From Callorhinchus milii (taxonomy: Eukaryota), in contig NW_024704743.1 in assembly GCF_018977255.1 (NCBI RefSeq), positions 13,580,001-13,644,000 on the forward strand: a stretch of 64,000 nt of DNA. Reading direction: 5' to 3'. Shown piece by piece: positions 51,664-64,000 of the stretch (the stretch's first letter is position 1; every line of letters begins with the position of its first letter). Position numbers and translations under genes: made by a program. The notes under the pieces are model-generated. The model was not told the origin of the DNA. It was given only the letters and a program-made list of their open reading frames with translations, and searched no databases.

Positions 51664-51807
51664 CGGTGGGTGGGAGGGTGTGAGAGGCAGTCAGTGACCG
51701 GGGCTCCAGCGGCGGCACCGGCACCGGGACAGCGAGTCCCGGATGAGGGAGGAGGCTCCACACCAACAACTTTAACACAACAACTGCAAGAGAGTAACCG
51801 TCAGCCC

Positions 51808-54800
51808 GAGAGTAACAGTCACCGCGACAGTCATAATCACTGACTGACTGTGAGAGTAACAGTCACCGCGACAGTCATAATCACTGACTGACTGTGAGAG
51901 TAACAGTCACCGCGACAGTCATAATCACTGACTGACTGTGAGAGTAACAGTCACCGCGACAGTCATAATCACTGACTGACTGTGAGAGTAACAGTCACCG
52001 CGACAGTCATAATCACTGACTGACTGTGAGAGTAACAGTCACCGCGACAGTCATAATCACTGACTGACTGTGAGAGTAACAGTCACCGCGACAGTCATAA
52101 TCACTGACTGACTGTGAGAGTAACAGTCACCGCGACAGTCATAATCACTGACTGACTGTGAGAGTAACAGTCACCGCGACAGTCATAATCACTGACTGAC
52201 TGTGAGAGTAACAGTCACCGCGACAGTCATAATCACTGACTGACTGTGAGAGTAACAGTCACCGCGACAGTCATAATCACTGACTGACTGTGAGAGTAAC
52301 AGTCACCGCGACAGTCATAATCACTGACTGACTGTGAGAGTAACAGTCACCGCGACAGTCATAATCACTGACTGACTGTGAGAGTAACAGTCACCGAGAC
52401 AGTCATAATCACTGACTGACTGTGAGAGTAACAGTCACCGCGACAGTCATAATCACTGACTGACTGATTACGAGAGTAACAATCACTGTCAGAGTAACAG
52501 TCACTGTGAGAGTCATAATCACTGACTGACTGTGAGAGTAACAATCACTGTCAGAGTAACAATCACTGTGAGAGTAGCAGTAACTGTGAGAATCATAATC
52601 ACTGACTGTGACAGTAACAATCACTGAGAGAGTAACAATCACTGTGAGTGTCATAATCACTGACTGTGAGAGTAGCAATCACTATCAAGATTAACAGTCA
52701 CTATGAGAGTCATAATCACTGACTCACTGTGACAGCAACAATCACTGAGACAGTAACAGTCACTGTGGGAGTCACAATCATTGTCTGACTATCAGAGTAA
52801 CAATCACTGTCAGAGTAACAGTCACTGTGAGAGTCATAATCATTGACTGACTGTGAGAGTAACAATCACAGTCAGAGTAACAATCAGTGTGAGAGTAACA
52901 GTCACTGTGAGAGTAGCAGTCACTGTGAGAGTCATAATCACTGACTGACTGTGAGAGTAACAATCACTGTGAGAGTAACAGTCGTTGTGAGAGTCATAAT
53001 CACTGATTGACTGTGAGAGTAACAATCACTGTCAGAGTAAAAGTCACTGTGAGTGTTACAGTGAGTGAGAGGCATAATCACTGTCTGACTATGAGAGTAA
53101 CAATCACTGTCAGAGTAACAATCACTGTGAGAGTAACAGTCACCGTGAGAGTCATAATCACTGACTGACTGTGAGAGTAACAATCACTGAGAGAGTAACA
53201 ATCACTGTGAGTTTCATAATCACTGACTGTGAGAGTAGCAATCACTGTCAAGATTAACAGTCACTATGAGAGTCATAATCATTGACTGACTGTGAGAGTA
53301 ACAATCACAGTCAGAGTAACAATCAGTGTGAGAGTAACAGTGAGTGAGAGGCATAATCACTGTCTGACTGTGAGAGTAACAATCACTGTCAGAGTAACAA
53401 TCACTGTGAGAGTAACAATCACAGTCAGAGTCTTAATCACTGACTGACTCCGAGAGTAACAATCACTGTCAGAGTAACAGTCACCGTGAGAGTCATAATC
53501 ACTGACTGACTGTGAGAGTAAGAATCACTGTCAGAGTATTAGTCACTGTGAGAGTCATAATCACTGACTGACTGTGAGAGTAACAATCACTGAGAGAGTA
53601 ACAATCACTGTCAGAGTAACAATCACTGTGAGAGTAACAGTCACTGTGAGTGTAACAGTGAATGAATGTCATAATCACTGACTGTGAGAGTAGCAATCAC
53701 TGTCAAGATTAACAGTCACTATGATAGTCATAATCACTGACTCACTGTGAGAGCAACAATCACTGAGACAGTAACAGTCACTGTCAGAGTAACTGTCACT
53801 GTGAGAGTCATAATCACCGACTGACAGTGAGAGTAACAATCACTGACAGAGTAACAGTCACTGTGAGTGTAACAGTCACTGTGGGAGTCATAATCACTGA
53901 CTGACTGTGAGAGTAACTATCATTGAGAGAGTAGCAGTCACGGTGAGAGTCATAATCACTGACCGACTATGGGAGTAACAATCACTATCAGAGTAACAAT
54001 CAGTGTGAGAGTAACAGTGAGTGAGAGGCATAATCACTGTCTGACTGTGAGAGTAACAATCACTGTCAGAGTAACAATCACTGTGAGAGTAACAGTCACT
54101 GTGAGAGTAGCAGTCACTGTGAGAGTCATAATCACTGACTGACTGTGAGAGTAACAATCACTGTCAGAGTAACAGTCACTGTGAGTGTCATAATCACTGA
54201 CTGTGAGAGTAGCAATCACTGTCAAGATTAACAGTCACTATGAGAGTCATAATCACTGACTCACTGTGACAGCAACAATCACTGAGACAGTAACAGTCAC
54301 TGTCAGAGTAACAGTCACTGTCAGAGTAACAATCACTCCCAGAGTAACAGTCACCATGAGAGTAACAATCACTGTGAGAGTCATAATCACTGACTGACTG
54401 TGAGATTAACAATCACAGTGAGAGCAACAGTCACTGTGAGAATCATTTTCACTGATGGACAATGAGAGTCACTGTCACTGTGAGAGTAACAATCACTGTG
54501 AGAGTCATAATCACTGACTGACTGTGAGATTAACAATCACAGTGAGAGCAACAGTCACTGTGAGAATCATAATCACTGACAGACTGAAGAGAGTAACAGT
54601 CACTGTGAGAGTCATAATCACTGAATGGCTATGAGAGTAGCAATCACTAAGAGAGTAACAATCACTGTGAGAGTCATAATCACTGACTGACTGTGAGAGT
54701 AACTATCACTGAGAGATTAGCAGTCACTGTGAGAGTCATAATCACTGACTGACTGTGAGAGCAACAAGCACTGTCAGAGTAACAGTCACTGTGAATGTAA

Positions 54801-55343
54801 CAGTGAGTGAGAGGCATAATCACTGTCTGACTAATAGAGTAACAATCACTGTCAGATTAACAATCACTGTGAGAGTAACAGTTCCTGTGAGAGTCTTAAT
54901 CACTGACTGACTCTGAGAGTAACAATCACTGTCAGAGTAACAGTCACCGTGAGAGTCATAATCACTGACTGAGTATGAGAGTAACAGTCACTGTGAGAAT
55001 CATAATTACTGACAGACTGAAGAGAGTAACAGTCACTGTGAAAGTTATAATCACTGACTGACTGACTGACTGACTGACTGTGAGGGTAACAACAATGAGA
55101 GAGCACCAGTCACTGTGAGAGTCATAATCACTGACTGACTGAGAGTAACAATCACTGTGAGAGTTAGTCACTGTGAGAGTCATAATCACTGCGGGTAACA
55201 ATCACTCTTAAAGTCCCAGTCACTGTGAGGATAACAATCACTGAGAGTATTAGTCACTGTGAGAGTCATAATCACTGACTGATTGTGAGAGTAACAGTCA
55301 CTCTCAGAGTAACAATCACTGTAAGAGTAACAGTCACTGTGAG
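51808..55343 (+). repeat. ~3.5 kb minisatellite of 18-bp (GAGAGTAACARTCACTGT) and 26-bp (GAGAGTCATAATCACTGACTGACTGT) modules; first 15 units form a near-perfect 44-bp repeat
   Basis: Period 44 from 51808 to 52467, then degenerate mixing of the two modules. Confidence 0.97.
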
Positions 55344-55344
55344 C

Positions 55345-58130
55345 CGATATAGCCCAAAGGAGTGAGCTGTGAACGAAATGAGGTGGGGACAGAGTGAAAT
55401 ATTTAGTGAAGGAATTTGGTGAGAGTGGGAATTGCTTGTTATTTACTAACTGGATTTGAAAATTTAAAGTTACAAGAACCTGCAGTTATATTGCACCCTT
55501 CACACAGGGCAGCGTCCCAGAGCGCTTAGCTCAGCAATGACAATAACAAGTCAGTTGGCAGTTTGGTGGTGACCCGAGTGAGATGGGGACCGATCGAAAT
55601 ATCTAGTAAAGGAATTTGGTGAGATTGGGAATTTGGTGTAGAGGGGGAGGAGGTGCTGATATAAAAATAAGCAGAAAAATAGAAATAGGACTCAATAGGA
55701 ATTATTAATAAGCAGTTGGGAAACCACAAGCAGCTCTGTTTGAAGTTAAACTTCGTTGAAAATGGAATACTGAATATTGCAGAAGTTGTGGGATGTTTGC
55801 CTCCCGGGCCCAGGTTATGGAGGAATTCATTTACAACCACTGCAAACTGGTCAATAAACCCAAGGCTGAAGTGGTCAGTCTTATTGAACGACTGGCATCA
55901 AAATATTACGGAGGATGAGAATTTTATAAATTTTATAAATTTAATAAATTAAGTATTGGAGAAGACCATGCTTGGGGGTAGAGTAGGAGAGGGATCCCCG
56001 TTACTCAGAAGAGATGGGTGGGTCTCTGTGAATCTCTGTTAAAAAAGGCTCTGTAAGTCGTGGTCAGCTTCCCTGGTGCTCTCAATCAGTTTCTCTTCTC
56101 TGGAGAGAGACAATATGGAAACCCAAGGGCTGTCTGAGACAGGCAAGAATGTGCCATCCGCCGAGACCATTCAGCAGCCTGTCAAAGTAGGAGGGGAAAA
56201 GAAAAAGAAAATGGGACAAGTTGCGTTGTTAGGGGATTCAACTATTTGGTTTATAGACAGAATTCTGTGCAAACCGGACCCAGAAGATCGAATGTTAAGT
56301 TGCCTCCAGGGTGCACGAGTTGAGGATTTGATGTCCCAGGTTGACAAAATGTTTGAGGGAGCAGGTGAGGCACCAATCGTGGTCATCCACGCAGGAAGAA
56401 ATAACACAGATAGAAGTAGACCAAAAGTCCTACGTGCCAAATTCAGGGCTTAAGGGAAAGATCTCAAGTGTATTTTTGGGGGGAATTACTCCCCGTGCCA
56501 CGTGCTAGTGAGGAGAGATGGAGGGTAATAAGATAGAGCAATGCGTGGCTAAGGCATTGGTGTAGGGAATCAGGTTACACGTTCCTCAGACAGTGGGGCA
56601 CCTTTTGGAATAGGGGGCACCTATGCAGACCAGATGGATTCCACCTGAACAAAAGGAGTAGAGGTGTAGGCAGAATAGATAATATGTTTAGGGAGTATTT
56701 GAACTAGATACTGGATTGTAAGAAAGATGTCAAAATGGCAAAGAAAAATTTTGAACTACACATGGCAAGAGATGTGAAGGATAACAATAAAACATTTTTC
56801 AGTTACATTAAGAGAAAAAGAAAAACGAGGGATGGAATAGGGCTATTGAAGGTGGAATTGGATGAGTATTTGACAAATCATGTTGCAGAAATAAGTTTTT
56901 TGCCTCAGTTTTTAGTAAAGAGTTGGGAAATTTATTGGTTCTGGAAAGAGAACTCAGTGGTTTTGCAGAAGCAAGCTGTGATACTATCGTTTGCCGAACA
57001 ACTGTACAAATTTAAGATAAACAAATCGTAAGGGCTGGATTAATTGCATCTGAGGATTCTTAAGGAACTAAGGGAGGAAATTGCAGGAACTCTGGCACAA
57101 ATCTTTCAGAAATCACTGGATACTGGAGAGGAACCTGGGACTGGAGAAAGGCTGATGTTACTCCGTTTTTTAAAAAAAGGTAGCACAAATGACCCAGGAA
57201 ACTATAGACCAATGAGTGACATCTATTGTGGGTAAAGTTATGGAGACTCTTATTAAAAATAAGGCCATGGAGCATCTGAACAGTAATAAAATGATAAAAG
57301 ATAGTCGATATGGGTTTATGAAGGAGAGATCCTGCCGAACTAATTTTCTGGTTTTCTTTGATTGTAACAAAGGAGCTTAATAAGTGTAAGGCAGTGGATG
57401 TTGTAAATTTGTATTTCAGTAATGGCCTTTGATACAATTCCTCATGAAAGGCTGGTAGTGAAAATAAAGAAAGCGGAATCAGAGTAAGTATCTTGCAATT
57501 GATACGTAATTGGTTGACTGATAGAAGCCAGAGGGTGGTGGTACAGGGAATGTAATGAGGCTGGGAAAACGTTACCAGTGGAGTTCCACAGGGGTCTGTT
57601 TTTGGACCTCTTTTATTTAACATCTTCATAAATGACCTGGAGTTAGCAGTCACAAGCAGTGGCTAAATTTGCAGATGACACAAAGCTAATGAAGATGGTA
57701 TTATATTTTTGTGTTTAGTTTTTATCAAAGACGAACAGGATAGGTTACAGGAGAACTTGAATATTCTTGGGAATTGGGCAGCTTGATGGCAGATGAAATT
57801 TAATGTAGAGATATTATAGTGCTTCACAAGAGGACAAAAAAATCCAGGAAGGAACTATTACTTAAATGATAAGAAAATAATCTGTACAGAAAATCAAAAG
57901 GACCTGGGGATCCTGATTGATAATAAATTGAAGTGTCCCAATAGTGCTTAGTAGCAGTGAATAAGGCAAACCAGATGCCAGGCTGTATTAAAAAGGCAAT
58001 ATTGAGCTGATATAGTGGAGTAATCCTGCCACTTTATAAATCACTGGTGCTACCACACTTGGAATACTGTGTGCAGTTCCAGACACTGCAATATAAAAAG
58101 GATATTGCAGTGATTGAGAGGATACAGAGG
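55345..58130 (+). mobile_element. Decayed CR1 LINE with 5' region, ORF1 (SGNH esterase-like) and RT part of ORF2
   Basis: ORF1 motifs LLGDS (56232-56240), CLQGARVEDL, VVIHAGRNN, DGFHLN (56633-56650); ORF2 remnants [28 protein letters not shown] (57668-57679), PHLEYCVQF; many stops and frameshifts. Confidence 0.88.
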
Positions 58131-58469
58131 CTTAAGAATATCCAAATCAACCTCAGAGTTCCAAGCCTTGGGGACCCCAGAGTGTACACTGGGGTACTGT
58201 TGGAGTCTAACCAGCTAAAAATGCAAAGCTTGTTTGGCAAGCTTTCCTGCTGTTTGTCCAGCTGAGACCACCCAACCGTTTAGGGCTTTGGCTTGCAATC
58301 TTAACGGGAGCTGAGTGGGAAGAATGGTCTAGCCCATAAGCCAAGTGGATAATAATAATAATAATGGATGTGCAGTGCTCTGGAGTACTGTGAACTTGCC
58401 TGGTTCAGGAACTGGATTACCGAGACCGCCATAATGGGCGGGCACGATTCTGACATTCCGTTGCCAAAC

Positions 58470-59000
58470 ATGACAGCTTGGAGCCAGTTCAGCTCCAACG
58501 AAACCCTGCTTCTCTTCCCTTTATTTCCTCATCCTCGCTGCTGCCTTTGACAATGTGGACCACTCTATCCTCCTCCACCACCTCTCCTCTCACCTCAACC
58601 TTCAAGATTCTGTCCTTGAATGGTTTAGATCCTATCTCTCACACCGGATCCACTTTGTCTCCACAAATGGCTTCCCTTCTTGGCCCCGCACCATCTCGTG
58701 CCATGTTCCTCAGGGCTCTGTCCTCGGAACTCTCCTCTTCAACCTCTACATGCTCGCTCTTGGTGATTTCATCCACAGATATGGGATCAACTTCCACATG
58801 TGCACTTCCTCCCTTGCTTCCTTGAAGGCATGCCTCAAGACCCTCCTCTTCAACCATGCCTTTGGCCACCCTCCCTGATCCCCCAACCCCGCCACCCACT
58901 GACCCCCCACCATGCTCAGGTCCTAATCCCTGACTGTTCAGAGTCTTGGGATGTCCTCCCGACGTGAAAGGCCCTTTACAAATGCAATTTTATTGTAGTT
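58470..59000 (+). mobile_element. L2 RT fragment with internal deletions plus L2 tail
   Basis: ORF 58555..58878 ([23 protein letters not shown]) fused to LKTLLFNHAF. Confidence 0.85.
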
Positions 59001-59487
59001 GACATTCAACAAGTGCGAATTTGTGCCTTCACTAGGTGGATGGTGGGTATCAGGAATCCCCTGCGAGCTTCCTGGTGGGCAACACATGAAAGACGCTATA
59101 CAAATGTAATTTTGTATTGTATCTTCCTGCCCACAGCTCGGACACACAAGCCGGACACACAAGTCTTTCCATTGAGTGATGGTTCTACCAGTTGGAGGTG
59201 CAGAACTTGAGCAGCAGCAGCTTACCTCTCTGCAAGCCAATCAAGGTGGATTCCAAGTGCTGGAAGTAAGAGTGTGTGTTCACGAATTTGAACTCCAGAT
59301 AATGCCTTCCAGTAGCTATTGCTAGTCTCAAAGTTTCCTCATAACCTATCTGATGGACATCTGTCTTCAGTGTAGTGGGAGGATCTTTACAGGAGAGCTT
59401 GCAAAATGACAATCCCTTGATGTTCTTGAGATCCAAATCTCATACCGTGTACCAGGCTTACTTATCCAAGTACTCATGTGAGGGGCC

Positions 59488-59995
59488 TTATAATAATCAT
59501 AATCCTTGCATTCGATATTGTGCCTCATCATGTCGTCAATGTGCTTCACTGGACACACTGTAAAGTGCAGTGACTGTGTATTTTGTGGGTGAAATATGGT
59601 AGCTAGTTTGCGCACAGCATATCCCACAAGCAGCCATGGAGTGAGTAACCAATTTTATTTTGGGGATTGTTGGGCAGGACACCGAGAGAGAAAAACTCTC
59701 TTCTGCTTTAGAATAGTGCTGCGGGACCTTTAAGGTATTCCCATGTCTGCCAATTGATACCCTTCCAATCATTCAATACCCTTGATGCCTTCTGTTGAGA
59801 CATGCAGAACCATGATTCCGCACTTGGGGGCATCCAACACCATATGAAATGTCTTTAAGCACTTCACTAGATTTATTGTAAAGTGTAGTGCCTGTGCTTT
59901 TTTTGTAGGCAAGCGCAGGAGTGAATTTATGTACAGCAATATCCCACAAACATCCATCAAGTAAATGATCAATTTTATCTAAGGGTGGCCAGGAC
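59488..59995 (-). mobile_element. Two degraded SINE fragments
   Basis: ATAATCCTTGCATTCGATAT tail, GCACAGCATATCCCACAA core. Confidence 0.65.
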
Positions 59996-60179
59996 AGGCC
60001 CGCCTGCCTTTTATGGTAAAGCTAATTGTGCTGTGTGGTGCCTGCGACCTGTGTGCCTGTGTGGCCATCAATGCAATACAATGTAATTATCTTCATCTGA
60101 CTGTCTGTATAGAATTTAAAACTTTCTCACAGTTCTTTTTGGCAGAGATTCACATGAGTGGAAGGAATTTGCTGAGGCA

Positions 60180-61100
60180 GGATACAGCCTAGGGAGGCAC
60201 TGTGTATATACATACACTGATAGCAGCCAGGAGTACAGTGTTCTCCCCACCTTGCCCTTATTACTTCCCACTGACTGTATGCATTATTCAAAGTGTGGTC
60301 TGATCAGAGCACTGTATAGTCTGAGAATAGTGATCTGGGGATCTAAACTCAACTGATTTAGACATATAGCCCAGCATTCTGTTTGCTTTGTTGATTGCTG
60401 CCTCTCACTATTTTGTCATAGTGAGTGATGAACTGTGCCAATAAAAAAGGTGCGAAAATATTTGCCAAAAATTGCAGCGAATTTTTTGGCAGGTTTTGCA
60501 GAAAATTGCGGGGAGTTGATTGGTGCTATTTTTCCTCCCAAAATGCATCACTTCGTATTTCTCCGCAATAAACTTCATCTACATAAGAACATAAGAATCA
60601 GGAGCAGGAGTAGGCCATTCGGCCCCTCGAGCCTGTCCCGCCATTCGATAAGATCATGGCTGATCTTCTCACCTAACTCTGATTACCTGCCCTATCCTCA
60701 TATCCCTAAACCCTTTGTTTTTTAAAAAATCTATCAGTCTCAGCCTTGAAAATGTTTAAGGATTGAGCATCTACAGCCTTCTGGGGTAGTGAATTCCATA
60801 AATTCACTACCCTCTTGAGTGAAGAAATGTTTCCTCAACTCTGTTCTAAAAGGCTGACCCTTAATCTTAAGACTGTGACCCCTGGTTATAGATTCTCCTA
60901 CCAGTGTCTACTTTATCCAGCCCTTTAAGAATCTTATATGTTTCAATAAGATCCCCCCTAATTCTTCTGTACTCTAGAGAATATAGCCCTAGTTTTTTCA
61001 GCCTATCTTCATAGGTCAGTTCGCCCCATTCCAGGAACTAACCGAGTGAATCTACGCTGCATACCCTCTAGGGCAAGTATGTCCTTTTTTAAATAAGGAG
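60180..61100 (-). mobile_element. CR1 fragments (old 60180-60430; young 3' end 60580-61100)
   Basis: ACATAAGAACATAAGAATCAGGAGCAGGAGTAGGCCATTCGG tail; inverse of 4108-4425. Confidence 0.82.
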
Positions 61101-61654
61101 AGCTATCCTTTCATTGCATAGGTCATAAGAGAGAAATACACCTTACCAACCAATGCTTTCAAGTACAGAGCATTAAATAATACCATATTTTTAAATGTCT
61201 TCACTTGTAGCCAGCTGTAAAAAAAAGCTTCAAGGTAGTCTTTGTTTTTCACCATATGCAGCCAAGGTTACACACTTTAACTGCAGCAGATCAGGCAGCA
61301 ATTGTTTTGGATTAGAACATCTTTGAATCAATGTCAAGAATGCAATAATTTGTATTGGTATTGACTGATCACTCTAACTGAATGTTCTGCATTCTTAGTT
61401 TCGTCAAAGTGTCATTCAGCTCGTACACTTACACCAGATCCAAATTGTATTTTTAAAATAATTAACCTTGTATTTGTCAGTCAATATGAAATCCCTGTAA
61501 CCAGAACCGATTAAATGATGCATCGGGCAAACACAGCAAACTGAAATTTCATTAAGGGCTGATAAATGTTGAGAACATGCTGAAAAGTCTCCCACCTCCT
61601 GCTCACCTGAAGGCAACGACTTATGCTGGAAGTTTGTTACATAAAAAAAACCTT

Positions 61655-62330
61655 CCATTTGATATAGTGTTTTTCACGTCTTCTAGTCGTCAAAAAGCGC
61701 TTCACAGAGTATACAGTAAAGTGAACTGATTTATAGTTGTCGGCGAAACAAGGCCGCCAATTGCGCACAGCAGTGTCCCACAAACAGGCGTGGATGGAGT
61801 GACCAATTTATTAATTTGTTGAAGGCTTATTATCCCCAGAAAAGCGATCTGCCAATTGACTACCGACCAGGTTCCTACTTACTGCTAGGTAAACAGAGGT
61901 ATTATAATAAATAATAACAATTCTTGTATTTGATATAGTACCTTTTACGCCAGGAAGGTATCTCAAAGCACTTCACAGGATATATTGTAAAGAGTAGTCA
62001 CTGCGTATTTTGCAGGTGGGCATGTCAGCCAAATTGCACACATTCAGCCATGAAGTGAGTAATCAATTTTATTATGGGGGAATTGATGACCAGGACACTG
62101 GGAGAAACTCTGTTTTCTAACAGTGCCATGGAATCTCTAATATCCACCTAAACAAGCAGCAGGCACAGTTTAACACCTGATTCAAGGATGGCACCTCCAA
62201 CAACGCAGCACAACCCCAGCAATGCATTAAAGTGTCAGCCTAGACTTGTGAATTCAAAACCTCAACATGGGGTTTGAACCGACAACCTTTAGACTCAGAG
62301 GCAAGAATGATACTAAATGAGCCAGACACC
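61655..62330 (-). mobile_element. SINE cluster: long-subfamily SINE (61655-61900) and older DeuSINE-type copy (61900-62330)
   Basis: Tail and core motifs; GGATGGCACCTCCAACAACGCAGCAC Deu-type block. Confidence 0.75.
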
Positions 62331-63544
62331 TATGACACATCATGTTTAAAACACATTGATAGGATCTATCATTGCAAGCAGCCCTGCAGTATCTCACTTG
62401 ACTAGTCATCCTTAATGTATTTAGAGAGCACATGCTTGCAATCTGCTTGAGTGTGGAATATCATACCTGTTGACATCAGCACAAGTATGCCCACTTTTGA
62501 TCAAAGGAGCTTGCAGTATGAACTCTCCTAGATCATTGATGCTGGGACCCAGTATAGAAACTCCATCACCACCCAGCCAACATCAGATAACTCAGTACAG
62601 AACAGGAATTAAAACTTAATCCTTCTCGTCTGTAATTTTGAATACCAAACCAGATCTGGTGTCAGTCAACACTGAGTCACCAATGATCTGAAAGTAATTA
62701 TGGATTGCATGCAGGTCTTTTTTTACATGTAGTCCCTGTGTGATTTTTAAAGACTTTGTTTTAAAATCATATCATCAAGCATGTAGGTAAAATAGTGCTA
62801 CCAAAATAACCTTCAGTGTATGATTACAAGGAGGGGAGAGAAGAGAAAGTTTTTCTTATTTTACAAGAAAAAGATTAAATATTGTTGAAGGCCCAAATAT
62901 TTTTTCCTTCCTCTCTCTAAAGGAAAGCTATGAAAAGAAAAACTCATACATATTGTGCCCATGGTTGTGGTAGACTACTTCAGTTCACTCAATTATAATA
63001 CAACTATGATGTAAAACCAGCAACTATAGTAAGCGATCAGCCAGCCTGGCACATTGGCAAGACTTAAGAGGGGCAAACTAATCACAAGGACAAGAGACTC
63101 TACCCACTCAACTCTTGTTAACCCTCCATGTCTCCAGGGAGATTGTGCACATTCCTTTCCACACAGAAATATTTTCATGATTAGGTAGCTTACATGAAAC
63201 TGTCTGTTTTGATACTGTTAAAAGCATGGTGATGAGTTTCCACATGTCAGACACCAGGCTGACCAAAGAAAAGTAGAGACTTGTTAGCAAAAGATTTCTG
63301 TGCATGTCAGACTGGTGTCTTAACCCAAATATTAACTGCTACACTGTGCAAATTGCTCTTGTGGTTTTCAGATAAGCTTGAGAACCACCTTCTTTTCTAA
63401 ATACTGAGAAAAAACATGATTCTGTACAAAATTCCAGGAAGCGGACCATTTTAGATCATTACAGCACCACACACATGTTGAATACATACTAGGTTTGGTA
63501 TCAGTATGAATTGGTTGTGACGTACCCCCATTTAGATTCCATGT

Positions 63545-63900
63545 TATTGACTACAGGTTAGAACACTTGCCTCGCAAGCAAAAGGACCTGGGTTTGAGTC
63601 CTGAGCAGGGCGAAATGTTAGGCAAGTTTCCTTACTACACTCCTGTTTGCCATGCAGTAAATAGGAACCCAGTTGTTAGTCGATTGGTGGATCGCTTTTC
63701 CATGGGAAATAATCCCTTCAAAAACAAAATTCAAAAATAATAATTTAGTTACTCAATCCATGACGATTTGTGGGATACTGTTGTGCACTATTGGCTGACG
63801 TGTTTCACCCACAAAATAAACAGTGAATTCACTTTATAGATTATTCTGTGAAGCGCTTTTGAAGTCTTGAAGACGTGATAATCCTTATATTTGATATAGC
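63545..63900 (+). mobile_element. SINE, long subfamily
   Basis: Head, extra segment, core and tail. Confidence 0.85.
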
Positions 63901-64000
63901 ACATCTATATATATTTGATACTGGCACATCCTTGTCCTAGTGACTGGTTTGCCTCGCCAAGTCTTGCTGATGTGCCAGCTGGCTATATCATGCAAGGATT

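Larger units (their letters stand above)
50845..51830. promoter_or_regulatory. CpG island over RANBP9 promoter, exon 1 and start of intron 1
   Basis: Very high GC and dense CpG in an otherwise CpG-depleted window; contains the start codon and a GGGCGG box (~51661). Confidence 0.85.

Noticed and set aside
51808..52467. Regular 44-bp periodic array resembling a CRISPR array
   Set aside because: Units are head-to-tail with no unique spacers, there are no cas genes, and the context is a vertebrate promoter.
52409..55201. Repetitive SDCYSH and TLTVIV ORFs
   Set aside because: Translations of the upstream tandem array.
59185..59436. 83-aa minus-strand ORF with an AG|GTAAG donor-like site near 59225
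   Set aside because: No recognisable homology or clear acceptor; flanked by repeats and probably decayed retroelement sequence.
60435..60580. Short imperfect inverted repeat (TGCCAAAAA...TTTTTGGCA) suggestive of a MITE
   Set aside because: No terminal inverted repeats or target-site duplication could be defined.

Overview
This is vertebrate genomic DNA, not prokaryotic. The repeat content (abundant L2 LINEs, tRNA-Ala/Deu-core SINEs with L2 tails, shark-type CR1 tails) suggests a cartilaginous fish, possibly a holocephalan; this is inference. The window holds one complete protein-coding gene, RANBP9 (RanBPM; SPRY-LisH-CTLH-CRA scaffold of the CTLH/GID E3 ligase), on the minus strand. I traced 14 coding exons from 51565 to 8267, all with GT-AG introns and consistent phases, giving 1824 nt (607 aa plus stop). 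Exon 1 lies in a CpG island between two large tandem arrays: a ~5.5 kb G/T-rich minisatellite in intron 1 and a ~3.5 kb 18/26/44-bp array upstream. Both arrays are most homogeneous next to the promoter, and the upstream one keeps CGCG only in promoter-proximal units. The rest is mostly L2, CR1 and SINE relics. Other notable items are a ZNF143/NRF1-motif promoter-like patch in intron 1, a 133-bp near-perfect intronic palindrome, a fold-back SINE beside exon 11, an unclassified CpG-rich insert with a (TAAA)n tail, and miR-101/miR-200a 8mer sites in the 3'UTR. I found no CRISPR array and no convincing novel protein-coding system.
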